Shown: in pieces, positions 9,693-20,225 of the stretch
Position numbering within the stretch: position 1 is the first letter of the stretch
How the letters are laid out: every line of letters begins with the position of its first letter
Source: an uncultured Gammaproteobacteria bacterium
Lineage (GTDB): Bacteria > Patescibacteriota > Patescibacteriia > Magasanikbacterales > UBA922
DNA: 64,000 bases
Reading direction: 5' to 3'
Assembly (NCBI GenBank): GCA_964566225.1
Contig: CAZMHV010000004.1
Coordinates: 64,248 to 128,247 of the forward strand
Position numbers and translations under genes: made by a program
Notes under the pieces: model-generated
What the model saw: only the letters and a program-made list of their open reading frames with translations
Told to the model about the DNA's origin: nothing
The model's database searches: none

Positions 9693-10343
9693 TTATTTTT
9701 TTAAATTATTGAGTTGTTCTTCCATTTTTTTCACATTGTCTTTGGCATTTCCCTGTGCAAAAATCGCACTGCCTGGACAAATTGCATCAACACCCGAAGC
9801 AACAATTTTTGGCAATGTTGTTTCATTCACTCCGCCATCAATTTCTACAAAGTGATGCCAACCACGAGTGCGGAATGCTTTTATTTTTTCCAAAACTTCT
9901 GGTTGAAACGGACGTCCCTGTGCCCCAGGTTCCACACTCAAAAAAAGTACCGCATCAATGTCATTGATATATGGCTCCAGCACATCAATAGAGGTTTCTG
10001 GTTTCAAAGCAACTCCCACTTCATACCCAGCTTCACGAATCGCAGCAATGGTATTGTCCATATCTTCGCGGGCAGCTTCAAAATGAAAATGCACACGTTT
10101 GATGAGTGAAATTTCACTCCAGCGCAAGAGTTCTTCCAGAGGATTTTGCACCATGAGGTGGAGTTCAATTTCTGTTTGTGCACATTCTTTTACCACCTGT
10201 GGATCGGCCCAGGTTTTGTTTGCCACAAAAAGACCATCAGCAATATCGAGCTGAATCATACTTACGGATTGACCGATCGCGTCAATATTTTTTTTGAATT
10301 CTTGTTCGGTTTGAACAAGAACAGATGGGATTATTTCAATCAT
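9693..10343 (-). CDS. rpe: Ribulose-phosphate 3-epimerase
   Basis: DIADGLFV, ELHLMV, SVEPG and EIDGGVN motifs. Confidence 0.92.
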   Translation of the reverse strand: MIEIIPSVLVQTEQEFKKNIDAIGQSVSMIQLDIADGLFVANKTWADPQVVKECAQTEIELHLMVQNPLEELLRWSEISLIKRVHFHFEAAREDMDNTIAAIREAGYEVGVALKPETSIDVLEPYINDIDAVLFLSVEPGAQGRPFQPEVLEKIKAFRTRGWHHFVEIDGGVNETTLPKIVASGVDAICPGSAIFAQGNAKDNVKKMEEQLNNLKK

Positions 10344-10344
10344 A

Positions 10345-10794
10345 TTATTCAAGTTCAGCAACTTTGCTTAGTCTTCGTACATGTCGTGCATCTCCACTAA
10401 ATTCACTTTCAAGCCATTTTTTGACAATTGCCATGGCAAACTCTTCACTCACATGATCAGCAGCAAGTGCGAGTACATTGGTGTTGTCGTGTTGCATCAT
10501 ACTTTCACTAACAGCAATGTTGTAGCCAAGTCCCGCACGAATACCTGCCACTTTGTTGGAAGCAATACATACACCAATACCGTTGCGACAAATAACAATT
10601 CCTCGTCCACTCATTTCTAAAACTTTTTCAGTGAGAGGAATAACGTAATCTGGATAGTCGTCTGTTTCTACATATTCGTGTGGGCCGAGATCAGTGATAG
10701 AGCCTTGGAGTTCATTTTCAATATATCGAACCAGGCGTTTTTTGAGCCCATAGCCGCCATGGTCTGAAGCAATAAAGAGGGGACCCGTATACAT
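10345..10794 (-). CDS. rpiB: Ribose-5-phosphate isomerase B
   Basis: ASDHGG, DYPD, CRNGIG and RHVRRL motifs. Confidence 0.92.
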   Translation of the reverse strand: MYTGPLFIASDHGGYGLKKRLVRYIENELQGSITDLGPHEYVETDDYPDYVIPLTEKVLEMSGRGIVICRNGIGVCIASNKVAGIRAGLGYNIAVSESMMQHDNTNVLALAADHVSEEFAMAIVKKWLESEFSGDARHVRRLSKVAELE

Positions 10795-10892
10795 AAATCA
10801 AAAGTCAAAAGTTAGGTTTGTAAGTCCGATTATAACACGCTACCAAAGTCTCAGCAATCCTTTTTTACTTGGTTGGCATCCTTGGTCAGTGA

Positions 10893-10921
10893 TTGACAAT
10901 CCTCCTAAAACAAGATAAAAT
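10893..10921 (+). promoter_or_regulatory. sigma70-type promoter of ftsH
   Basis: TTGACA-N17-TAAAAT. Confidence 0.7.
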
Positions 10922-10990
10922 ACACTTTACCTTATATATAACTTATAGTAACTGGTTTTTCTCTAAAAAAAGCCAAAAAATCTCTTTTTT

Positions 10991-12832
10991 ATGAAAAATG
11001 TGTTTCGAAATGTCTTTGTCATAGTGATGGTTCTTTTTGGTTTGGCAGTACTTATGAATGCCCTGAGCTCTACTCATCAAGAGCCAGAAAAAGTAGCTAT
11101 CAACAAGTTGGTAGATGAAATTGGTGCTGGACAAGTAAAAACTATTGAAATTGACGGAGATAAACTTGCCGTGACCCTCAAAGACGAAGCTGCCAAGCCT
11201 CAAGAAATCAAAAAAGAATATGGACAGTCTTTTTCTGAACTCATGACTGACTATGGAGTAAAACCAGAACAGCTCAAGGGCGTTGACGTAAAAGTAAAAG
11301 AAGAAAGTGGTTGGAAGCTGTGGCTGGGTGTTTTGGCACCATATTTGTTGCCATTTTTGCTCATTGGTGGGCTTATTTTCTTTATGAGTCGCCAAGTGCA
11401 GGGAGTCAATGGCAAGGCTATGGGATTTGGTCAAAGTAGTGCCAAACAAGTAAAACCCGAAGATCAAGCCAACAAAAAAACATTTAAAGACGTGGCCGGT
11501 GCCCGTGAAGCCAAAGAAGAACTGGAAGAAGTCGTTCAATTTCTCAAGGAACCAAAGAAATTTGCAGAAATGGGAGCCAAGACTCCAAAGGGAGTACTCC
11601 TTATGGGTTCTCCGGGAACTGGTAAGACACTCCTTGCCAAAGCCGTTGCAGGTGAAGCTGGAGTGCCATTTTTTCACATGAGTGGTTCTGAATTTGTAGA
11701 AATGTTTGTGGGTGTCGGTGCATCTCGCGTTCGAGACCTCTTTCAAAAAGCCAAAAAAGCAGCTCCTGCTATTGTGTTTATCGATGAAATTGATGCTGTA
11801 GGCCGCAAGCGTGGGGCTGGACTTGGTGGAAGTCATGACGAACGTGAACAAACCCTCAACCAAATTCTGGTAGAAATGGATGGATTTGAACCAAACTCTG
11901 GTGTGATTGTCATGGCTGCTACGAACCGTCCAGACGTACTCGACAAGGCTTTGCTTCGTCCAGGACGTTTTGATCGCCAAGTGGTTATTGATTTGCCAGA
12001 TATTTCTGCCCGTGAAGAAATTTTGAAAGTACATGCTCAGGGCAAACCATTTGCTGCTGACGTGAGTCTTCATACTTTGGCTGAACGTACTCCAGGATTT
12101 TCTGGAGCAGACCTGGCAAACCTCCTCAACGAAGCCGCCATTCTCGCTGTGCGCAAAGGTAAAAAACAAATTGATGAAATTGATGTGCGTGAAAGTATTG
12201 ATAAAGTAATCCTTGGACCAGAAAAGAAATCTCGTATTATGAGTGAAAAGGATCGTGAAATGACAGCGTACCACGAAGCAGGACACGCGATTGTAGGTCA
12301 CTTCTTGGTAAACTGCGACCCTGTTCGTAAGGTTTCTATTATTGGTCGCGGCATGGCAGGGGGATACACTCTCTCAATGCCAGAGTCAGACAAACACTAC
12401 CAAACCATTGCACACTTCCGTGATGACATGGCTATGATGATGGGTGGATACGTAGCAGAGCGTATGATTTATGGTAATATCAACTTGTCTACTGGTCCAT
12501 CAAGTGATCTCAAAAAGGCAACACAATTGGCAACAGCCATGGTGACTCGCTACGGCATGAGTGACAAGCTTGGACCACGCGTGTTTACCCAAGGTGAAGA
12601 AATGATTTTCTTGGCCCAAGAAATTCACGACAAAAAAACATACAGTGAAAAAACTGCAGAAATTATTGACCAAGAAGTGGATCGCATGCTCAGTGAGGCA
12701 AAACAGCGTGCTGAGCAAATTCTCACAGAGAAGCGTGCTCAAATGGATAAACTTGTAGCCGTGCTCAAAGAAAAAGAAACCGTGGAACAAGAAGAATTTA
12801 AACTTGTTGTGGGCGAACGTCCAACTGCCTAA
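10991..12832 (+). CDS. ftsH: ATP-dependent zinc metalloprotease FtsH
   Basis: Two TM helices, [20 protein letters not shown] and HEAGH. Confidence 0.98.
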   Translation: MKNVFRNVFVIVMVLFGLAVLMNALSSTHQEPEKVAINKLVDEIGAGQVKTIEIDGDKLAVTLKDEAAKPQEIKKEYGQSFSELMTDYGVKPEQLKGVDVKVKEESGWKLWLGVLAPYLLPFLLIGGLIFFMSRQVQGVNGKAMGFGQSSAKQVKPEDQANKKTFKDVAGAREAKEELEEVVQFLKEPKKFAEMGAKTPKGVLLMGSPGTGKTLLAKAVAGEAGVPFFHMSGSEFVEMFVGVGASRVRDLFQKAKKAAPAIVFIDEIDAVGRKRGAGLGGSHDEREQTLNQILVEMDGFEPNSGVIVMAATNRPDVLDKALLRPGRFDRQVVIDLPDISAREEILKVHAQGKPFAADVSLHTLAERTPGFSGADLANLLNEAAILAVRKGKKQIDEIDVRESIDKVILGPEKKSRIMSEKDREMTAYHEAGHAIVGHFLVNCDPVRKVSIIGRGMAGGYTLSMPESDKHYQTIAHFRDDMAMMMGGYVAERMIYGNINLSTGPSSDLKKATQLATAMVTRYGMSDKLGPRVFTQGEEMIFLAQEIHDKKTYSEKTAEIIDQEVDRMLSEAKQRAEQILTEKRAQMDKLVAVLKEKETVEQEEFKLVVGERPTA

Positions 12833-12849
12833 CTTTTTCAAGATAAAAT

Positions 12850-12882
12850 AAAACCCGGTCGCCTTAGGTGACCGGGTTTTTT
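12850..12882. terminator. Bidirectional intrinsic terminator
   Basis: AAAACCCGGTCGCC-tta-GGTGACCGGGTTTTTT. Confidence 0.85.
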
Positions 12883-12893
12883 GATAGAAATTT

Positions 12894-13457
12894 TTAGGCA
12901 GCAAGTTCTTGGGGTGGGGGAGTTGCTGTTCTCGGGTCAGCACATTCTTGGAATTTGCCATGGTGCAATACGTAAAATTTATATTGAGGAGGTTCTGAAA
13001 CACCTTCGTCAGGATTTTTTGGAAACTGAATGTTTTGTAATTCTTGGTTATTGACAATTTGAGTAAAATTTTGAAATTCTACAGAGCTCTTATTTTTATT
13101 GGGGGCTTGTGCTGTGATAAGGTAGAGAGTTTCGTTTGGTTGGTCAATGTCATCCATCTGCAGGAGTTGCTCAATACTTTTCGTGCTACTTGGTCTCCAA
13201 CCACATGCCAAAAAGCGGCTCGTTTTTTGTTGGTCAGTGATATCGTCTATTTTGCCAAAGTCTAACTCTTCATCTTTTTTTGGATCTGAACTTTTTGGTG
13301 GTACTTCAAGAAGTCTTTTCATTAGGTCATAACGATCGATTTGTAGTGGGAGAGGTTGTGTTGGTTCTGATCGTATATCTCGTTGAGTCTCGTCAGTCTG
13401 CAAGAATATCTTTTCAACAAAATTATCAGAATCGTACTTCGAAGTATTTTCTGGCAT
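12894..13457 (-). CDS. Hypothetical protein ending -ELAA
   Basis: 187-aa ORF in a tandem trio. Confidence 0.75.
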   Translation of the reverse strand: MPENTSKYDSDNFVEKIFLQTDETQRDIRSEPTQPLPLQIDRYDLMKRLLEVPPKSSDPKKDEELDFGKIDDITDQQKTSRFLACGWRPSSTKSIEQLLQMDDIDQPNETLYLITAQAPNKNKSSVEFQNFTQIVNNQELQNIQFPKNPDEGVSEPPQYKFYVLHHGKFQECADPRTATPPPQELAA

Positions 13458-13480
13458 AGAAATGACGTGAATAAATAGGG

Positions 13481-14236
13481 TTAGGCGGCAATAGATGAAA
13501 GAGGTGCCTTTGGATCAATGTAGTTGTCACTCTGAGTTCCTACTTTGGAAAGTTTACCATTTTCTTCAATAAAAAATGTGTAGGCAACCTCAGGTATTTT
13601 TGTACTTTCGGGAATTTGGCTAAAATCTGGTCGTTTCATATTTCCAAATTTTTCATTTGGTCCTAAAAATTTGATAAAATATTCAGATGCAAGGGATCCT
13701 TTTTTAAAATTTGGTGCATAGGCAATAACACACTTAAATCCTTCTTTGATAGGTGTTCCTTCTTTTGGAAGATATCTATGATGGGTAGCTTCAAAGCCTG
13801 CTTTTACAAAGAGTTCTATTTTTACGTCATCAGAAAGTTTTTCACTATGCTCTAAAGAGTTCTCATTAAAAATTTTTTTCATTTCTAATGTAGTACTGGT
13901 TGGGGTGGACTCATTTGGGATTGTTGGGTTACCCTTTTCATCAAATTTTGGTAAATTGAGTACTGTGTTATCTGGATTTGTTTGTTTGATCGGTCCTTGT
14001 GATTCAGGGGATGGTCTTTCTTTTGACGGTGTTGTCACGATTCTTCCATCAGAACCAAATTGAGGAAGATTCATAAAAGTTCTTGCCTCTGAGCTAATAG
14101 TTGAGGGGTCAAAATCATCACCTTCAAGAATATCTGCAAGATTGTCGGTAGGTGGAAGATTTTGTATTTCTTTGATGACAGCTGCCTTGATAGCAGGATT
14201 ACTGATTTCATCTGGTCTTGGGCTACGTCTTTCCAT
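13481..14236 (-). CDS. Hypothetical protein ending -SIAA
   Basis: 251-aa ORF with a short internal repeat (NLPQFGSDG/NLPKFDEKG). Confidence 0.75.
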   Translation of the reverse strand: MERRSPRPDEISNPAIKAAVIKEIQNLPPTDNLADILEGDDFDPSTISSEARTFMNLPQFGSDGRIVTTPSKERPSPESQGPIKQTNPDNTVLNLPKFDEKGNPTIPNESTPTSTTLEMKKIFNENSLEHSEKLSDDVKIELFVKAGFEATHHRYLPKEGTPIKEGFKCVIAYAPNFKKGSLASEYFIKFLGPNEKFGNMKRPDFSQIPESTKIPEVAYTFFIEENGKLSKVGTQSDNYIDPKAPLSSIAA

Positions 14237-14263
14237 ATGAGAATTAAGAGGTTAGTAAAATTT

Positions 14264-15523
14264 TTATGCTGCCACAGGTGTCTGCACTTTTCGTTCGAGT
14301 GCACGAGGCTTCACTGTTTTTGCAAGTATGGCTTGGTCGTCTTTTTTGGTGTCAGCTGCAGCTATAACTTCAAAGGCAATTCGGGCACGGTCTTCTGGAG
14401 AAGCTGCTGCAATTTTTTGTGACATTTCTTTTTGTTTATTTTCAATGTCACCGATACCATCTGTGGTATAAACTACTGTTTGGCCGGCTGAAAGTTCTTC
14501 GGCATGTACAAATGGTCTCACAAATCGGCTATCAGTACGACCGAGTGAAGATGTCATTCGGGTCGCAATTGCTTTTTTATCAAGTTTTGTACCATTTTCG
14601 TCAGTAAAGGTATAACCTGGAGCATCAATATCTTCTCCTTGTGCTCTCAAAATAGTTTCGAGTGAGTGTTCGGGAATAAGATTTTTTGAATTGCCTTGAT
14701 CATCGAGAGTCATTACTTTTCCATCTCCAACCTGACATGAAACTTCAAACCTACGCCCATCTGCGAGTGTAACCGTTTTACCAAAACTGATTGTTGTCTT
14801 TCCGTCTTTGAGAATTCTTTTTTCTCTCGTATTCTTTGCATTCTCAGCGACAAGTTTTTGGTGGGCCAGTTCTGTGGCTTGCTCAAGGAGTACTAACTCT
14901 CTTTGAACTTCTGGTGGGAGTGCCAAAAGGGCTGGGAGTTCTTGTTCTAGAAGAACTTGAAAATTTGGGTGAAACATATCAATATTTCTACCTTCGAGCT
15001 GTCTTGCTATAAGATTTCGCATTGAATCTTCTGTAATTGGTTCATTTGCAAATTTTTGACGTGTTTCAACATAGGACGTCCGCATGTTTTTGGAGACAAA
15101 TAAACTCGCATCTGCACCTTGTCCATCACCTTTGTCACCGAGTCCATCACAAACACCACCAATCCCTGTTTCAGGGTCGTAAAATAAAGAATCTTCACCT
15201 CTGTCCTCGGTTTCTCGCTTTATTCCTTTTTTAAGTCCAAAACTTAGTTCGAGAGCATTTCGTTCGTCAGTTGAGTGAACAAAAGCAACTGGTTCTTTTT
15301 GGGTCAATTCTGGAGTACAAAAACTATATGACACTTTTTCAAAATGTGTTGATACTTCTGGTGCCTTAAATGCTTCATTTGGAATTGGTGGAGGACCATT
15401 TCGTTTTATATCTGGAGGAATCGGTGGTGGTCCAGGTTTACGAACTTCTGCAGGAAGTGGGGGAGGAGATGGTCGTCGAACATCCATTGGTATTGGTGGA
15501 GGGCCTGGGCGTCGTTCTGTCAT
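14264..15523 (-). CDS. PP2C/PPM-like phosphatase with four N-terminal PPP(I/L)P repeats, ending -PVAA
   Basis: GEDS, VCDGLG, VGDG, SSLG, TTDGI and DDQA motifs in PPM order. Confidence 0.75.
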   Translation of the reverse strand: MTERRPGPPPIPMDVRRPSPPPLPAEVRKPGPPPIPPDIKRNGPPPIPNEAFKAPEVSTHFEKVSYSFCTPELTQKEPVAFVHSTDERNALELSFGLKKGIKRETEDRGEDSLFYDPETGIGGVCDGLGDKGDGQGADASLFVSKNMRTSYVETRQKFANEPITEDSMRNLIARQLEGRNIDMFHPNFQVLLEQELPALLALPPEVQRELVLLEQATELAHQKLVAENAKNTREKRILKDGKTTISFGKTVTLADGRRFEVSCQVGDGKVMTLDDQGNSKNLIPEHSLETILRAQGEDIDAPGYTFTDENGTKLDKKAIATRMTSSLGRTDSRFVRPFVHAEELSAGQTVVYTTDGIGDIENKQKEMSQKIAAASPEDRARIAFEVIAAADTKKDDQAILAKTVKPRALERKVQTPVAA

Positions 15524-15591
15524 AAAAGAATTAAGTAAATAGTATAAATTAACGATATTATATCATGTGAATTTTTTGTTGTGTAGGTATT

Positions 15592-16140
15592 TTACCACTT
15601 CAGTGTACCTGATTTCAACAAATAATCAAAATGCAAAATACTATACGCCAAATATTCATTTTTTACTGTGCCATCGAGTGCCATTTGGACTGCTTTTTTG
15701 AGGGGGACAAATACTGGAGTGATTTCTTCGGTAGGGTCTTGTGGCAGTGGATCACATACTAAATCTTTGGCTGCAAAAATATATGTGTCCCAGAGAAGAG
15801 TATCACTGGTTGAACCTTTTTTGAGAAGTTTGAGTTTCTTGGCGCGGTAGCCGGTTTCTTCGCGGAGTTCTCGCTGCGCAGCTGCGCGAGGAAGCTCATT
15901 TTTTTTGTCCATTCGTCCGGCTGGAAGAAACCAGACCGGTTGTTTGTAGCCATAGCGATATTCTCGGGTCATGAGAAGTTCGTTTTTTTCATTGAGTGCG
16001 AGTATGTGAATACTCGCTTCACGCTCGGCAAATTCAAAATATGTTTTTTGACCACTGGGGAGTGTCACATCTTGATGTTTGATGTTAAAAATTTTTCCTT
16101 TGAAGACTGTGGTGAATTTGCCGAATTTGAGGTGTTTCAT
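15592..16140 (-). CDS. NUDIX hydrolase (ADP-ribose pyrophosphatase-like)
   Basis: PAGRMD…AAQRELREETGY Nudix box. Confidence 0.9.
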   Translation of the reverse strand: MKHLKFGKFTTVFKGKIFNIKHQDVTLPSGQKTYFEFAEREASIHILALNEKNELLMTREYRYGYKQPVWFLPAGRMDKKNELPRAAAQRELREETGYRAKKLKLLKKGSTSDTLLWDTYIFAAKDLVCDPLPQDPTEEITPVFVPLKKAVQMALDGTVKNEYLAYSILHFDYLLKSGTLKW

Positions 16141-16352
16141 ATTTGAAAATTTTGCAGAGAGAATATATGTATTGTATCTTTTTTTGAGGAGGTGAGCAAA
16201 TATTTGGGTAAAAAAAATCCCGAACGAGTCGGGATGATTCCTCAAAGCCGATGTTTATCGAATCTGAGGAATCGACCGCCGGTGATGCAAGACTTGCGCG
16301 GGATGCGCAGGTCGAGTCAGCGGCGGGGTGAAGGCGTGGCGCCTTCGGTGGA

Positions 16353-16577
16353 CTACGCCCCGACGATGGGGCGGTAGGGCTCGCGGATCGCGCGGCCGTT
16401 GACGCCGGTGAGGGCCTGCTCGGTCTTGGGGTTGACCGCGGTGACCATGATCTCGTCTCCCACTCTAACCGCCTTGAGCTCGAACCGTTCCCCGGTCATG
16501 TTGGCTGCTGCAATCACCGCTGCCTCTGCAGCCTTCTTGGGATTCGGGTGCTTCACAATGTATACCCCCATAAACAT
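16353..16577 (-). CDS. Small hypothetical protein (GC-rich class)
   Basis: 74-aa ORF with GC3 bias, own promoter and structured 3' region. Confidence 0.6.
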   Translation of the reverse strand: MFMGVYIVKHPNPKKAAEAAVIAAANMTGERFELKAVRVGDEIMVTAVNPKTEQALTGVNGRAIREPYRPIVGA

Positions 16578-16835
16578 CCGTTGGTTGCCACGATCCTACC
16601 CACCCTCACTGGCGAGTAGGACCTTTTGGTTTACAACATATGTCATAAAACAAAAAATCCTACCCGCATGGATAAGATAACCTTCGTTTTTCCAATGTAT
16701 ATTGGAAACGTATCTTTCCCTATTCGGGCTGGAGTTACCACCTTGTTTTGACTTTTGACAAGCGCAAAGTAGGTTGGTTGGAGGTCATCGGGCCAGGTCC
16801 CTCGCTCCTTTCTCGATAATAAATTGACAAAATTT

Positions 16836-16864
16836 AGAGTATCAAAAGTTGCATGTGCTGTCAA
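16836..16864 (-). promoter_or_regulatory. sigma70-type promoter for 16353-16577
   Basis: TTGACA-N17-TACTCT on the minus strand. Confidence 0.6.
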
Positions 16865-16905
16865 TATATTTATGCACATGTATTTAAAAAATTGGGGTCA
16901 GAATA

Positions 16906-16934
16906 TTGACAAATTGGCCAAATTTTGATAGCCT
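16906..16934 (+). promoter_or_regulatory. sigma70-type promoter for 17073-17840
   Basis: TTGACA-N17-TAGCCT. Confidence 0.55.
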
Positions 16935-17072
16935 CATTTGAGGTATATGTTTTTTCAGAAGGAAAAAGAGCATTTATATTCTTTTTTTCCTCCTGAAAAA
17001 CATCAACCTACAACATTTTGTCATACCAGGGGCACTCAATTTTTGAGTGATGACAAAAGACGGAGAAAATCC

Positions 17073-17840
17073 ATGATCGTTCACGTCGCTGGTGCGAATC
17101 GGGTTCCTCGTACGGAGAATTTTCTCAAGGGTCTTGGCGTCCGCATGGACTTTTTTGCGGACTGGGGGTACCCCGGTATGTACCGGGTCTGTTGCCAGGA
17201 GGATATCCTGCGGCTCGTGTCGCAGGTTGGTCCCAATGATCCGAATCGGTTGGTCCTGGACTTTCACATCCACGGTCTCAATCAATGGTCTCGGCTTCCA
17301 GTGGTGAGTGAGGACCATCGAAAAGTCTTCCTCAACACCTGGCTGCGACCCTATCTGCCCTTGTGGCAGATTGCAGAGAATATCTTGAAGCTGCAGCCCC
17401 CCCGCATCTTGGAGGGGATGCCCAGCATCAAGGTGGTCGCCCGTGAGAAGCCCGAGGAAAATTGGTCGGACGAAAACGTGAAGAATCGACAGAAACAGAA
17501 AAAGGGAAAATCCCTGGTCTGCTGTCCTTCACGCTACGAGTATTCTCTGGTTCTTTCGGACGATTTTCTGGTGAAAGTGCTGCTTCTCATCCCTGTCCGA
17601 GGGTTCCGGCAGGATTTCCACCGGATCATCGAGCTCTTTGAGCAGGGGGTTCTGGACGAGAACCTGACCATCCACGCCCTGCGTGAGCTCATCCTGTGTG
17701 TGCCGCAGGACTGGGATGGTCCACTGATCAAAGACACCTTCTCTCAACTGAAGTGGCCTCCACTCCCAACTGAAGTGGCCTCCACCCCAAGCGGCCAAGT
17801 CCCGGCGACGTCCGTTCCGCCGGACACGGGTCACCCCTGA
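17073..17840 (+). CDS. Hypothetical protein (GC-rich class)
   Basis: GGAG SD before ATG 17073, where GC content rises. Confidence 0.7.
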   Translation: MIVHVAGANRVPRTENFLKGLGVRMDFFADWGYPGMYRVCCQEDILRLVSQVGPNDPNRLVLDFHIHGLNQWSRLPVVSEDHRKVFLNTWLRPYLPLWQIAENILKLQPPRILEGMPSIKVVAREKPEENWSDENVKNRQKQKKGKSLVCCPSRYEYSLVLSDDFLVKVLLLIPVRGFRQDFHRIIELFEQGVLDENLTIHALRELILCVPQDWDGPLIKDTFSQLKWPPLPTEVASTPSGQVPATSVPPDTGHP

Positions 17841-17950
17841 GGAGGGGGGTGAGCCCTGAAAATCGACGAGGGGAATCGGTCTTCCAAGACTGGTTCCCTT
17901 CGTCGACCACTGTGATTTTTGTTGAAATGAAATTTCACTTTAATAAAAAT

Positions 17951-17984
17951 AAAAAAAATCCTGCTGTTGGGCAGGATTTTTTTT
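17951..17984. terminator. Bidirectional intrinsic terminator
   Basis: A8-TCCTGC-tgttgg-GCAGGA-T8. Confidence 0.8.
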
Positions 17985-17986
17985 GT

Positions 17987-19399
17987 TTAATATCGGTAGT
18001 GATCTGGTTTGTATGGTCCGTTTTCGTTTACATTGAGGTACGCAGCTTGCGCAGGGGTCAACTTGGTGAGTTTCACCCCAAGTTTTGCGAGGTGCAAACG
18101 TGCCACTTCTTCATCAAGTTCTTTGGCCAGGCGATACACACCAACTTTGTACACATCTTTATTTTTCCACAAATCAATTTGGGCAAGTGTTTGATTACTA
18201 AATGAATTACTCATCACAAAACTTGGGTGGCCCGTGGCACAGCCAAGGTTCATGAGACGTCCTTCAGCCAAGAGGAACATTTCTTTGCCACTTGGAAAAA
18301 TATATTTATCTACTTGAGGTTTAATGTTTACTTTTTGTACACCTTCGGCAGTGTCGAGGCGTTCTACTTGAATTTCGTTATCAAAGTGACCAATGTTACT
18401 TACAATCGCTTGATCTTTCATGCCACTCATGTGTTCAAACGTAATCACATCTTTGTTGCCAGTGGTAGTCACATAAATATCTGCGCGACCGAGTGTATCT
18501 TCAATAGTGGTGACTTCGTATCCTTCCATGGCAGCTTGGAGTGCGCAAATTGGGTCGATTTCTGTGACGATCACGCGGCAGCCTTGGCCTTTGAGTGCTT
18601 GTGCGCAGCCTTTGCCCACGTCTCCGTATCCACACACGACAGCAACTTTTCCACCAATCATCACATCCATGGCACGGTTGAGTCCGTCCACAATTGAGTG
18701 ACGGCAACCATAGATGTTATCAAATTTACTTTTGGTAACAGAGTCGTTTACGTTGATGGCAGGGAAGAGCAATTTGCCTTCGTTCATCATTTGGTACAAG
18801 CGGTGCACACCTGTAGTTGTTTCTTCACTCACACCACGAACATTTTTGGCAACAGCAGTCCAACGAGTTGGATTTTCACTGTAGGTACGTGCAAGGAGTT
18901 TCATGAGTTCTTGGTAGTCTTTGCCTTCTTTGGAATAATCTGCAGTAAGCAAACTTGGATTTTCTTCTACTTCTTTTCCTTTGTGAATAAGCAGTGTAGA
19001 ATCTCCACCATCGTCTACAATGAGGTCTGGGCCTGTGCCATTGCCAAAGTCCAAGGCTTTTTCAGTACACCACCAGTATTCTTCAAGCGTTTCACCTTTC
19101 CATGCAAATACAGGAATTCCCGCAGCAGCAATAGCCGCCGCAGCATGGTCTTGGGTAGAAAAAATATTACAACTTACCCAGCGAACAGTGGCGCCAAGAG
19201 CGGCGAGGGTTTCAATGAGCACGGCTGTCTGAATGGTCATGTGGAGACTGCCCATGATTTTGACGCCCTGGAGAGGTTTTTCGGCAGCATATTTATTGCG
19301 AATCGACATGAGTCCTGGCATTTCGTCTTCGGCAATTTCAATTTCTTTGCGGCCCCAATCTGCGAGGGTAATATCTTTTACTTTGAAGTCTTGACTCAT
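17987..19399 (-). CDS. ahcY: S-adenosylhomocysteine hydrolase
   Basis: [24 protein letters not shown] and C-terminal KPDHYRY. Confidence 0.98.
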   Translation of the reverse strand: MSQDFKVKDITLADWGRKEIEIAEDEMPGLMSIRNKYAAEKPLQGVKIMGSLHMTIQTAVLIETLAALGATVRWVSCNIFSTQDHAAAAIAAAGIPVFAWKGETLEEYWWCTEKALDFGNGTGPDLIVDDGGDSTLLIHKGKEVEENPSLLTADYSKEGKDYQELMKLLARTYSENPTRWTAVAKNVRGVSEETTTGVHRLYQMMNEGKLLFPAINVNDSVTKSKFDNIYGCRHSIVDGLNRAMDVMIGGKVAVVCGYGDVGKGCAQALKGQGCRVIVTEIDPICALQAAMEGYEVTTIEDTLGRADIYVTTTGNKDVITFEHMSGMKDQAIVSNIGHFDNEIQVERLDTAEGVQKVNIKPQVDKYIFPSGKEMFLLAEGRLMNLGCATGHPSFVMSNSFSNQTLAQIDLWKNKDVYKVGVYRLAKELDEEVARLHLAKLGVKLTKLTPAQAAYLNVNENGPYKPDHYRY

Positions 19400-19570
19400 A
19401 AGAGAATGAAAAAATATGAAAATTACGTTGTGAGTAAATCAGCAGAAAGGCTGATAGTGGTTCATAGTATACTGTGATTTTTTCATTTGGACAAGAGGTA
19501 AAAAAAATTTTTTATCGAAAAATATAGGCCTGTACAAAGCAAAATTTATGTGAAACAGTGCATAAGTACC

Positions 19571-19599
19571 TTGACGAAGATGCAAGAAGGTACTATACT
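19571..19599 (+). promoter_or_regulatory. sigma70-type promoter for 19711-19965
   Basis: TTGACG-N17-TATACT. Confidence 0.65.
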
Positions 19600-19710
19600 G
19601 AGTGATTGTTGTCAAAATCACATGAGTGGGAAAAAGGCTTTGTAAAAGTTTTTTTCCCGGGCATGTGTCCAGCGAGGGGCTGGCAATACTGCGCGGGCGG
19701 GAGCAATGAC

Positions 19711-19965
19711 ATGAGTCATAAGGTTCGCGTGGAGCTGTTTCCGGGGTTGACCCTTACCGGTCATCCCCATTGGCTGATGATCCTCCTTTTCGGGGGAGGT
19801 CACCAGTTCGTCGGCTCGGCCGAGGCGAACATCGCCGAGGCTCCCCGCCAGATGGTGGAGGTCGTCCACGGGCTGCAGCGCCCGTCGGTGGCCTGCACCA
19901 CCCTGTCGTTCACCACGACCGCTCGTGGCGGCATCAAGCGCCGCCTCCGTTCGAGTCGCTGCTGA
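19711..19965 (+). CDS. Small hypothetical protein (GC-rich class, MSHKVRV…)
   Basis: GGGAG SD 7 nt before ATG; promoter upstream; GCACTCTG, hairpin and terminator downstream. Confidence 0.55.
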   Translation: MSHKVRVELFPGLTLTGHPHWLMILLFGGGHQFVGSAEANIAEAPRQMVEVVHGLQRPSVACTTLSFTTTARGGIKRRLRSSRC

Positions 19966-20017
19966 ACGACCACCTCGCCGAGTGAGGTGACTACCGAGCA
20001 ATCGGTCTGTCACATCT

Positions 20018-20078
20018 GCACTCTGCGATCGGTGAGGGCGTCGTGCTATGGGTTACCCCCAAGCACGGCGCCCTCACC
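20018..20078 (+). repeat. Looser GCAC-hairpin element, copy J
   Basis: GCACTCTG then 17-bp stem GGTGAGGGCGTCGTGCT/AGCACGGCGCCCTCACC. Confidence 0.45.
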
Positions 20079-20225
20079 AAAAAGTAAAATATTTCAAAAC
20101 AGTCCTAGCTTTTTGCAGGACTGTTTTTTTGTATTTGGGAGGAGTATGTAGTATTCACTAAATTTTTTTATATTGACGGATGAGAGTGAAGAGAGTAAAT
20201 TTATAAGTATTCTGAAATATAAAAT

